A stretch of DNA of 56,874 nucleotides. Source: Planctomycetia bacterium. Lineage in GTDB: Bacteria > Planctomycetota > Planctomycetia > Pirellulales > S012-138. The position numbers and the translations under genes were made by a program. Of the stretch, positions 16,527 through 24,725 are shown one piece after another; the first letter of the stretch is position 1, and each line of letters begins with the position of its first letter. The stretch covers positions 1-56,874 of the forward strand of contig JACOUI010000377.1 in assembly GCA_016177915.1 (NCBI GenBank), read 5' to 3'. The notes below the pieces were generated by a model. It did no database searches. It saw only the letters and a program-made list of their open reading frames with translations, and was not told where the DNA came from.

Positions 16527-16980
16527 GCAGAAAGCCGACGCCGCGACGGCAACGTCGCCCGACGCGCCCTTCAACTCAGAAAAGCAAACAGGGGGAGGGA
16601 CCTCCGAGTCGCAAGGGTGCCGATGGTCGATCCTTCAGTTACCGCCTCCCAAGACGACAATGGCGGCTTGCAACTTCGGAAATCGATCCCGGCGCACCGC
16701 ACGCGCTCGCGCTTTTTCTTTCAATCGTGTTGGTGTATTTGGATCGCGGAACGCCGCGGAAGGGGGTCGGCCCCAAAGTTGTGGCGTCATTTTGTGGCGG
16801 CGCGGAGAATTGTCAAGCAGCGTTTTGCCAACTTTTTTTTCTCGCCACGATTCCGTGCGCCGATCCGGCCCGCGATCGCGAGCGATGCACCTGCGGCGCG
16901 AGAAAAACGCGGGCGGCGCGCGGCTGCGGCCCGCCCCGCGGCCCCAAAACGGCGGGAAATCGCGCTGGGCGCATTCACCG

Positions 16981-18111
16981 TCAGGCTTCCGGCGACGGAT
17001 CGACCGAGGGCGGCGCGTTTTTCTGCGGCGTCGAGCTTTCCGCGGGCGGCAAAACCGGCTGGTCGGACGGCTCCGGCGACCTCGTCGCCTTCCAGCCGCT
17101 GAAAAACCCGCGCACCGTCGTCCACGACCGCACAAACAGGCGGCCCGTCAAGGCGTCCTCGGTCAGCGTGCCCCGCTGCGACGAGAAATTGTTCCACACC
17201 GCGTCGATGTAGGGCTCGCTGGTCTCGGCGACGGTCGCAAAGAGGCCCTTCTGCCGGATGTCGGACAGCGCATCGCGGTAATGGTCGACGACGTGGCGAT
17301 TGAAAAGGTTGCCGGCCACGCGCACGCCCGTCAGCGTCCCCTTCCCCACGTCGGTCATCTTTCGCAGGGCGTGCATGCTCATCGCCCCGGAGACGGTGAG
17401 CAGGCTCACGTCCTCGCGCGTCGCCGTTTCGCGCATCTCGCCCCACATCCGCTGCAGCTCGGCCTGCGGGAGGATGCTCCCAGGGTCGATGCTCATGACC
17501 GCGTCGCGCGTGTCCTGCACGGTCTTCTTGAGGCCATCGAGCGAAAGGGGCGGGGTGTCGAAGGCCGTGGCGGTCGTCTCCGAGGCCTTGGCCACGGCCG
17601 CCAGCAGGTCGTCCACGTGGTTGATCGTCGAGTGCTCGTCGATCAGGCCCTGCGATTTCAGCTCCGCCGCCAGCTCCTGCAAATACGCTCGCGAGCCGTA
17701 AGCCACGTCGCTCAGAATCGCCAGCACGGCCATCGGCGAGATGTGAAACACCAACAGACCGGCCGTGTCGACGAAGTTGCCCACGGCCTTGCGGGCCAGG
17801 AAGTTGTCTTGCTGGGCGGCGTCTGGCGGCTGGCCCTCCTTCGCCGCGACGCCGCCCACGTTCTCCACCAGGAAGTTCAGCGTCTGGCGGACCATCACGT
17901 GGTAGGTCTTGGAGTCCTGGAAGGCCTGCGGGATGAGGAGGGCCGTCGCCTCGCGGGCCACCCCGCCCACGACCCCCACGCCGCTCCGCACCACGCGCTC
18001 CGGCAGCGAGAGCGAGTACAGCAGGTAGCGCCGAATGGGGTCCATTCCCGGCTCGGGCACATCCTTCGCTGTCGGCTGCGGCGGGACGGCGGGTGTTTCG
18101 TCGGACGACAT
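16981..18111 (-). CDS. Hypothetical protein (376 aa)
   Basis: Long ORF with balanced, coding-like composition ([41 protein letters not shown]...). No motif recognised. Confidence 0.6.
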   Translation of the reverse strand: MSSDETPAVPPQPTAKDVPEPGMDPIRRYLLYSLSLPERVVRSGVGVVGGVAREATALLIPQAFQDSKTYHVMVRQTLNFLVENVGGVAAKEGQPPDAAQQDNFLARKAVGNFVDTAGLLVFHISPMAVLAILSDVAYGSRAYLQELAAELKSQGLIDEHSTINHVDDLLAAVAKASETTATAFDTPPLSLDGLKKTVQDTRDAVMSIDPGSILPQAELQRMWGEMRETATREDVSLLTVSGAMSMHALRKMTDVGKGTLTGVRVAGNLFNRHVVDHYRDALSDIRQKGLFATVAETSEPYIDAVWNNFSSQRGTLTEDALTGRLFVRSWTTVRGFFSGWKATRSPEPSDQPVLPPAESSTPQKNAPPSVDPSPEA

Positions 18112-18308
18112 GCAGTCCTCACATGACCGGGAGCGTCAACCCCCCGGTGATGGTGGTGCTCGTGCGGACGAGAAACTCCGCGCTCAGTTTACCGTCCTGC
18201 CTGTCTGCCGACAGGCAGGCGTGCCGGCCGCGATCCCTCCGTCCACTGATTGCCGGCTTCGCCGCTCATCGCTACCATGCCGGAAGATCACATTCCTGGA
18301 GGCCGGCC

Positions 18309-19256
18309 GTGGCAGAACGGAATCCCCCCCAAAAGCTTGCGCTCAACGAAGTCCACCGGATCGATTGCGTCGAGGGGCTGAAGCAGATCACCCCCGGCTC
18401 GGTCCATTTGGCCTTTGCCGATCCGCCGTTCAACATCGGCTACGAGTACGACGTTTACAAGGACGAGCGGCCCAGCGAGGATTACCAGGCCTGGTGCCGG
18501 CAATGGATGCAGGGCGTTTTCGACGCCCTCAAGCCCGACGGCACGTTCTGGCTGGCGATCGGCGACGAGTACGCGGCGGAGCTGAAGCTTTTGGCCCAGG
18601 GCGTCGGTTTTCATTGTCGGAGCTGGGTGATCTGGTACTACACGTTTGGGGTGAATTGCACCCGCCGCTTCTCGCGGTCGCACACGCACCTTTTTTATTT
18701 CGTCAAACACCGGAAGAAATTCACGTTCAATCGGAACGACAAGGCGGTCCGGGTCCCTTCGGCCCGGCAGCTTGTCTATGGCGACGGCCGGGGCAACCCC
18801 GACGGCCGGCTTCCCGACAACACGTGGATCCTGCGGCCGCAGGACGTCCCGAACGGATTCGCCGACGACGACGACACGTGGTATTTCTCGCGCGTGGCGG
18901 GCACCTTCGGCGAGCGGCGCGGTTTTCACGGCTGCCAGATGCCCGAGCAGTTGCTGGGCCGCATCATCCGCTGCTGCTCCAAGCCGGAGGACGTGGTGCT
19001 CGATCCGTTCGGCGGGAGCGGGACGACGTTTGCAGTGGCCAAGAAGCTCGGCCGGCGCTGGATCGGCTTCGAACTGAGTGAGAAGTACGTCAAGAAGATC
19101 AACGAGCGCCTCGATTCCATCGCGGAGGGCGACCCGCTGGAGGGGCCGGACGATCCGTTGACCAGCGCGCCGCGGACCTCGGAAGGCCGGTGCCTCGTCA
19201 ACGGCGCCCCAAAACGGCAACGGCGGTCGTCAAAGAAGGAACGGCGACTGTTCTGA
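18309..19256 (+). CDS. Beta-class (N6A/N4C) site-specific DNA methyltransferase
   Basis: Motif [11 protein letters not shown] lies N-terminal and motif [28 protein letters not shown] lies C-terminal. Start proposed at in-frame GTG 18309, 6 nt after GGAGG (18298-18302). In-frame ATGs at 18093, 18123 and 18150 cannot be excluded. Confidence 0.85.
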   Translation: MAERNPPQKLALNEVHRIDCVEGLKQITPGSVHLAFADPPFNIGYEYDVYKDERPSEDYQAWCRQWMQGVFDALKPDGTFWLAIGDEYAAELKLLAQGVGFHCRSWVIWYYTFGVNCTRRFSRSHTHLFYFVKHRKKFTFNRNDKAVRVPSARQLVYGDGRGNPDGRLPDNTWILRPQDVPNGFADDDDTWYFSRVAGTFGERRGFHGCQMPEQLLGRIIRCCSKPEDVVLDPFGGSGTTFAVAKKLGRRWIGFELSEKYVKKINERLDSIAEGDPLEGPDDPLTSAPRTSEGRCLVNGAPKRQRRSSKKERRLF

Positions 19257-19284
19257 CCCGAGTTCTCTTCTCTTTGAGTCGGGC

Positions 19285-20232
19285 ATGGCCGAGCCAGTCT
19301 GCGTCGTTTCGCTTGCTCCGGCCGGCGACCCGGAGGGCGTGGCGCTGCTGTTTTGCCACCTGCCGGCCGAGACGCGCGCTGCCGAGCGCGACCGGTTGCT
19401 CCGCGAAGGCGATCGGCATCGGCTCATTCTCGCTCGCCGCGGCCAGCGGCTCGTGGGAGCGTCGCTGGCAACACTTCTCCCCGGCCGGTACGGCGTCGTC
19501 GCCGCGCCGCAGCTCGTCGCCGGCGGACCGCTGGACACGGGCCGGCTGCTTGCTGAATCGGCCGCGGAGGACCTCGCGTCGCGCGGCGCGGCCGTCGCGC
19601 AAGGGTTGCTCGACATCGGCGCCGCAGACGACATCCGGCATTTCGCGGGCGCCGGCTATCAGCACCTCGCCAGCCTCGTTTATCTGGCCGATCGCGAAGG
19701 GCCGCTCGCCGACGAGCGAGCGCCGGCCGCCGCGGCCGCCGTGGGAGAACCACAGGTTGACTTCGTGCCGGTCGCTTTCGACGATCGCGGCTGGCGGCGG
19801 CTCATCGAAGTTGTCGACCGCACCTACGAAGGCACGCTCGACTGCCCTGGCCTCAACGGCGTCCGCAAGACCCGCGACGTCCTGGAAGGCTACCGCCACG
19901 GCGCCCAGTTCGTGCCCGAGGGCTGGCTGCTCGTCCGCGACGGTGTCCGCGACGCCGATCACGGGGCCGGCCGCGGCGACATCGGCTGCCTGATCCTTGC
20001 CCGGCACGAGGAGGGGCTTTTCGAGCTGGTCTACATGGGCCTGGTGCCGGAGGCGCGGGGCCGCGGCCTGGGCCTTTCGATCACGCGGCACGCGCAGCAG
20101 CTCGCGCGGCAACTTGGCGGCAAGCAGCTCATCCTGGCGGTGGACGCCAAAAACGCCCCGGCCCGCGCCTTGTACGCCCGCGCGGGCTTTTTGCCGATCG
20201 AGATCAAGGAGGCGTACTTCAAAGTCTTGTAG
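19285..20232 (+). CDS. GNAT-family N-acetyltransferase
   Basis: C-terminal LVYMGLVPEARGRGLGLSITRHAQQLARQLGGKQLILAVDAKNAPARALYARAGF (acetyl-CoA binding motif A). Confidence 0.8.
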   Translation: MAEPVCVVSLAPAGDPEGVALLFCHLPAETRAAERDRLLREGDRHRLILARRGQRLVGASLATLLPGRYGVVAAPQLVAGGPLDTGRLLAESAAEDLASRGAAVAQGLLDIGAADDIRHFAGAGYQHLASLVYLADREGPLADERAPAAAAAVGEPQVDFVPVAFDDRGWRRLIEVVDRTYEGTLDCPGLNGVRKTRDVLEGYRHGAQFVPEGWLLVRDGVRDADHGAGRGDIGCLILARHEEGLFELVYMGLVPEARGRGLGLSITRHAQQLARQLGGKQLILAVDAKNAPARALYARAGFLPIEIKEAYFKVL

Positions 20233-20367
20233 CCCTCACGCTCCTTCGTAGCCGTCACGCTCCGCGTGACGCAGCCCGAGGCGCAGTACGGCAAATTCGG
20301 CGAGCTCGCTCTTGTGCACTCGGCGCGCAGCGACGCGCGCTGCCTCACGCGGGAGCGTGAGGGCTAC
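20229..20367. repeat. REP-like units GTAG-CCCTCACGCTCC (truncated), GTAG-CCGTCACGCTCCGCGTGACG, and inverted CCTCACGCGGGAGCGTGAGGG-CTAC
   Basis: The first GTAG (20229-20232) contains the TAG stop of the GNAT gene. Confidence 0.8.
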
Positions 20368-20389
20368 GGGCTGCGGCGACGGCTTCGTT

Positions 20390-20938
20390 TCAGATTTTCG
20401 GAATCTCGCGGCGGATTTGCTCCAGCCGCTCGCGCGTGCCGTGGACGTCGCACCAGCGGTAGACGTAGTCCCAGTCGATCGCGTCGCCCTGGACGGCGAT
20501 GACGTCGCGCACGTCCTCCAAGTCCTTTTTCCGCGCCCAACGCAGCTTGGTGATGATCACGTCTTCGGGGGTCGGCAAGTAAACGTCTCGCCCCGCAACT
20601 TGAATGCGCCGGCGCCGGGCGAAGCGCTCTTGGTCGTGTGCGTCGCCGCCGAGTTTGAAGAGTTCAATCTTGAACGCAGTCTGGGCAACGCGAACGACTG
20701 CTCGCGTCGTGCCCGTGGCCGTCTCAAAGGTGAGCTGCGGGTCCAAGCGAAACTCAGGCCCGAGCCGCGCAACAAGCCACGACAGCGAACCTGATTCAAG
20801 GTCAATGAAGAAGTCGGCGTCCTCCGTCGCGCGGGGGATCCCGTAGTAATTGCTGGACAGAGAGCCGACGACGAGATAGGGCAGATTCTCGGCATTGAGC
20901 GCATCGACGACGGCCAGGGTGTACTCGTCCAGTTTCAA
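20390..20938 (-). CDS. Minimal nucleotidyltransferase-fold protein
   Basis: TTG start at 20938. VVGSLSSNYYGIPRATEDADFFI is a GS...DxD polymerase-beta-type NTase signature. 4-nt TTGA overlap with the upstream small ORF. Confidence 0.7.
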   Translation of the reverse strand: MKLDEYTLAVVDALNAENLPYLVVGSLSSNYYGIPRATEDADFFIDLESGSLSWLVARLGPEFRLDPQLTFETATGTTRAVVRVAQTAFKIELFKLGGDAHDQERFARRRRIQVAGRDVYLPTPEDVIITKLRWARKKDLEDVRDVIAVQGDAIDWDYVYRWCDVHGTRERLEQIRREIPKI

Positions 20939-21165
20939 TTCTGCGTCTCCATCCGCTCTCGGAGCGCAAGCCTCTCCGCCAGAATCCGACGCACGTCTTC
21001 TTCCGACGCACCGGGATTCTGGTTGCGAATTCCCTCAATCGTCATCCAACAGGCGAATTCGAAGAGCCGCGGACCGGCAAGAAATTTTTCCTCCGCAGGC
21101 GTGCTTCTGGCGCGCACGACCTTCTCGCGGTAAATGTCGTCCAGCAGCTCTTTCGTCGGCTCCAT
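20935..21165 (-). CDS. Small helical partner protein of the nucleotidyltransferase
   Basis: ATG 21165 (MEPTKELLDDIYREKVVRARSTPAEEKF...RILAERLALRERMETQN). Stop overlaps the NTase start. Confidence 0.55.
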   Translation of the reverse strand: MEPTKELLDDIYREKVVRARSTPAEEKFLAGPRLFEFACWMTIEGIRNQNPGASEEDVRRILAERLALRERMETQN

Positions 21166-21245
21166 CGCTAGCCCGTCCCGTGCATGTCCAGTGTCGTACG
21201 TCGGCCGCAACGAAAGCGTATTGTAACGCGTGCGATGCCGTCGCC

Positions 21246-22592
21246 CTAAGGTTTCCTCACCCGCGCCCCGTCCGTGAGCGAAGTCTCCGGCGCCAGGACG
21301 ACCTCGTCGCCCGCCTCGAGCCCCTTGGTGATCTCCACGCGCTCGTCGTTCATGAGTCCCACTTGCACCTTCTCCAGCTTCGCCCGGCCGCCGCGAACGG
21401 CGAACACCTGCCAGTCGTTGGCCGCCCCGCGAAAGAGCGCCCCGCGCGGAATGACCAGCGCCTTCTCTTTCTTCGCCGTAAAAATTTTGGCCCGCACGCG
21501 ATACCCCACGCCAATCTGCTGCTCATTCCGCAATCGCTCGATATCCTGGGCGTCGATTCCGATGATCACGCTCACCCGCTGCTGCTCCACGCCCAGCGAG
21601 CTGACCTTCGTGAACCCGGCGGGATAGATCTGCTTGACCGTTCCCGTGGCGCTCTGGGGCCCGATCGCCGGGCCATACAGCTCGACTTCGTTCCCCTCGC
21701 GGACGTTGACCACGTCCTGGCTCAGGATTTCCGCCTCGACCTCCAATTCCTCCAGCGCTCCGATCTCCAGGAGCACCGTCCCGGCCGACAGATACCGCTC
21801 GTCGCGCGCGTGCCGCTCCAGCACCACGCCGTCGACGGGGCTTCTCATCTCGCCGCGCTCAGCGTTGTTTTTGGCCTGCTCGAGCTGCGCCTCGGCCGCC
21901 GCCTTCTGCTGCCTGAGCACGGCTGTTTGCAGCGACTTTCGCGCGATGTACTGCCGCACCAGCGTGGGCAGGAGGTCCGTGGCCGTCTGGATCGACTTCA
22001 GCGCGCTATGGACCAGGTTGTCCTGCTGAAAATCGAACCCCCGCTCGATGTGCTGCAGCTTGGTATCGTCGTATTTCTCCTCGCTAATCAGCTCGTCTCG
22101 CCGGAGCTTCTCCGCCCGCGCCAGGCTGTACTCGGCAAAATCGAGCCGTTTTTTGCCGGCCTCGACGCGCGTGCTCGCGGCCTCGACCGTCTTGCCCATC
22201 GACTCGACGTAGCTCAGCGACTGCTCCAGCGACGTTTGCTCCAGGCTCAAGTCCAGGCTTTCCTCGATCGAGGCCTGCAGCTCATCGACCCGCGCCTGGG
22301 CGACCTTCAGATCCAAGTCGAGATCTTTCGGCACGATCTGCGCCACGACCGCGTCCTTCTCGACGCGCGACCCGACGTCAAGCGCGATCTCGGAGACGCG
22401 CCCGCTATAGGGCATCGTGACGAGGTGCGTCCGCGGCAGCCGCGTCTTGGCCTGCTCGTCGACGAACTCGCGAATCTCGCCCACCTCGGCGCGGTCCGAC
22501 TGCACGACAACTCCGTCCGTCAAAAACCAATACGCCCCCGCGACGGCGAGCAGCACGGCCAAGACAACGACAATCGTGAGGACGGTCTTCAT
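21246..22592 (-). CDS. HlyD-family membrane fusion / periplasmic adaptor protein
   Basis: N-terminal TM MKTVLTIVVVLAVLLAVAGAYWF, a long coiled-coil middle, and barrel-sandwich and beta-barrel-like ends (VTMPYSGRVSEI, MRSPVDGVVLER, KALVIPRGALF). Confidence 0.85.
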   Translation of the reverse strand: MKTVLTIVVVLAVLLAVAGAYWFLTDGVVVQSDRAEVGEIREFVDEQAKTRLPRTHLVTMPYSGRVSEIALDVGSRVEKDAVVAQIVPKDLDLDLKVAQARVDELQASIEESLDLSLEQTSLEQSLSYVESMGKTVEAASTRVEAGKKRLDFAEYSLARAEKLRRDELISEEKYDDTKLQHIERGFDFQQDNLVHSALKSIQTATDLLPTLVRQYIARKSLQTAVLRQQKAAAEAQLEQAKNNAERGEMRSPVDGVVLERHARDERYLSAGTVLLEIGALEELEVEAEILSQDVVNVREGNEVELYGPAIGPQSATGTVKQIYPAGFTKVSSLGVEQQRVSVIIGIDAQDIERLRNEQQIGVGYRVRAKIFTAKKEKALVIPRGALFRGAANDWQVFAVRGGRAKLEKVQVGLMNDERVEITKGLEAGDEVVLAPETSLTDGARVRKP

Positions 22593-22806
22593 CTATCGGC
22601 TCCACCATGTTGCCATCTTTGATACCCGCGCGCACTTGACCCTTCAACCAAACAATGGGGGTCGGCGAAGGGTTGCTCCCCTTTCACTCCAGTCTAGTCC
22701 AATCACCGCAGCGACCTAGGCCCGACGGGCGGGCACCCCAATGGCCCGCCGCTTGTTGTTCCGCCCCCGTGTTTTGATCTGCTGGAAAGAACTGTCGAGA
22801 ATCTTC

Positions 22807-22834
22807 TTGACCGCGTTCCGCGAATTGCTATACT
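22807..22834 (+). promoter_or_regulatory. Sigma-70-like promoter candidate (TTGACC-16-TATACT) for the 22.9-30.4 kb cluster
   Basis: 5/6 matches in both hexamers. 65 nt upstream of the first cluster gene. Confidence 0.4.
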
Positions 22835-22898
22835 CCGGTTCCCTTCACAAACCTGCAATGGGCGGTTTTCTTATCGATGAGATGAAGCATGGCTGCGG

Positions 22899-23771
22899 TT
22901 GCCGACAACCCGTCGGCCGTTGACACGGTTCCGGTTGTGTCACGAGAGCGCGCTTTGTGCTGCGCCGGCTTCGTTCCTTCCGCTGGCGGCCGCGACCACG
23001 AACTATCTGTGCGCGACGCCGATTTCGCTGGCGGTCTTTCGCCTTTGCGAGCTACGGCGGCTTTCCGATGTGGAGCTGCGCGCGCCGATCGTCGACCTGG
23101 GCTGTGGGGCGGGACAGTTCGTGCGGCTGGCGATGGCGGGACGGGTGGAGATCGGCGTTGACATTTCGCCGCGCCAAGCCGCCGGCGCGCGTCGTAGCGG
23201 GCGGTACGAGCGCGTGGTCGAGGCCGACGCGGCGGAGTTGCCGCTGGCCGATGAGTCTGTGGGCACGGTGCTGGCGGTCTCTTCGCTTGAGCACATGCGG
23301 AGGCCGGAGAAGGTGCTCGCCGAAGCGGGGCGCGTGCTTCAGCCGGGCGGAGTTTTCGCGGCCACGATCGTGCTGCCGGAACTGCGGTCGCATTTGTACT
23401 ATTCGGAGTTGACGCGGCGAATGGGGATCGCGCCATTGGGAAGGCTCTACTGCCGGCTGCACGATTGGGCGTTTGCACACCGGACGCTCCTTCCACAAGG
23501 GCGCTGGGAGCAGTTGGCGGAAGACGCTGGGCTGGAAATCGTGACGAGCCGGCGCTTCTTCTCGCCGGCGATCACGCGATCGTTCGACTTTTGGCTGCCG
23601 CCGGCGGTGCCGTACCGGCTGCTGGCCGCCGCCGGAATGCCGCTGGTCGTGCCGCTGCCGTGGCGGCGACGAATCGTGGAAGGGATGCTCGCGCGCGAAG
23701 AGCGATCGCGCGGAAACGTTGAGGACGGCACACTGTTGTTCCTCCTGGCACGGAAACGGGGGACGCCATGA
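22899..23771 (+). CDS. Class I SAM-dependent methyltransferase (first gene of the cluster)
   Basis: IVDLGCGAGQF (motif I), LPLADESVGTVLAVSSLEHM, LQPGGVFAATIV. TTG start at 22899 (start uncertain). Stop overlaps the next ATG (ATGA). Confidence 0.8.
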   Translation: MPTTRRPLTRFRLCHESALCAAPASFLPLAAATTNYLCATPISLAVFRLCELRRLSDVELRAPIVDLGCGAGQFVRLAMAGRVEIGVDISPRQAAGARRSGRYERVVEADAAELPLADESVGTVLAVSSLEHMRRPEKVLAEAGRVLQPGGVFAATIVLPELRSHLYYSELTRRMGIAPLGRLYCRLHDWAFAHRTLLPQGRWEQLAEDAGLEIVTSRRFFSPAITRSFDFWLPPAVPYRLLAAAGMPLVVPLPWRRRIVEGMLAREERSRGNVEDGTLLFLLARKRGTP

Positions 23772-24694
23772 ACCGCCGCGGCTTCACGCTGGTCGAGTTG
23801 CTGACGGTGCTCTCGATCATCGGGATGCTGCTGTCGCTGCTGATTCCGGCGGTGCAGGCTGCACGCGAGGCGGGGCGGCAGGTGGTGTGCAAGAACAACC
23901 TTCACCAATTGGCGCTGGCCTGCGACCTGCACCACACGACGCTTTCCGTCTATCCGCCCGGCCAGTTCACGGGCCCGAATGGCAAGGGCCCGTATGGCAA
24001 CGGGCCGAATTCGACGGCCTGGAGCTTCCTTGCGCGGGTGCTGCCGTACCTGGAGCGCAAGGACATTTACGAGCACGGCGACATTCCCAATAAGACGCTG
24101 CTGGAGAGCGGCGTGATGCACCTGACGCTTGGGGTGCTGCACTGCCCCAGCAATGGCCCGGCCGTGGCGCTGACCGATCGCGGGAACCTGATGACGTTCC
24201 CGGTCGGGCCGACGAACTACAAGGGCGTGAGCGGCTCAAACTGGGGCATGGACACGTCGTTTGGCGCCGTCCCGATCCCCATGAACACGCAGTGGCCTAA
24301 TACCGGGGCCAACGGCTCGCAGGACGGCCTGGACGACGGCGACGGCATGTTCTTCCGCAGCGACGAGCGGGTCCGGCGGACGGCGGCGCACGTGCGGGAC
24401 GGCCTGTCCAACACGTTCATGCTCGGCGAGGACCTGCCGGAAGAAAACGTGTACTGCTCGTGGCCCTATTCCAACAATGCCTACGGCACCTGCGCAATCC
24501 CGCCGAACTTTTCGAGCGCCGGCGGCCCGGGCGATTACCAGAACCGGTTTGGCTTCCGCAGCAACCACCCGCACGGGCTGCACTTTGCTTTTGCGGGCGG
24601 GGCGGTGCGGCAGGTGAAGGCGTCGATCGACTTGAAGTTGTACCGAAGTTTGGCGACGATTGCCGGAAAAGAGGGGTTGAGCTTGCCCGATTAG
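23768..24694 (+). CDS. DUF1559-family protein with prepilin-type N-terminal methylation segment
   Basis: MNRRGFTLVELLTVLSIIGMLLSLLIPAVQAAREAGR. The C-terminal HPHGLHFAFAGGAV is a variant of the H-X9-DG tail (DG replaced by GG). Confidence 0.9.
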   Translation: MNRRGFTLVELLTVLSIIGMLLSLLIPAVQAAREAGRQVVCKNNLHQLALACDLHHTTLSVYPPGQFTGPNGKGPYGNGPNSTAWSFLARVLPYLERKDIYEHGDIPNKTLLESGVMHLTLGVLHCPSNGPAVALTDRGNLMTFPVGPTNYKGVSGSNWGMDTSFGAVPIPMNTQWPNTGANGSQDGLDDGDGMFFRSDERVRRTAAHVRDGLSNTFMLGEDLPEENVYCSWPYSNNAYGTCAIPPNFSSAGGPGDYQNRFGFRSNHPHGLHFAFAGGAVRQVKASIDLKLYRSLATIAGKEGLSLPD

Positions 24695-24725
24695 AGTTCG
24701 CGCTTTTGGCGCCGGAGGCGCCGCA

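Noticed and set aside
16451-16980. THF/folate riboswitch or another known ncRNA upstream of folK.
   Set aside because: I could not recognise any conserved riboswitch, tmRNA, RNase P, SRP or 6S core by eye, so the claim would be unsupported without a covariance-model scan. It is kept only as an open question in the findings.
16981-19256. Restriction-modification system made of the methyltransferase plus the divergent 376-aa protein.
   Set aside because: No PD-(D/E)xK, HNH or GIY-YIG motif is visible in the 376-aa protein, and a divergent orientation is atypical. Treated as an orphan methyltransferase pending searches.
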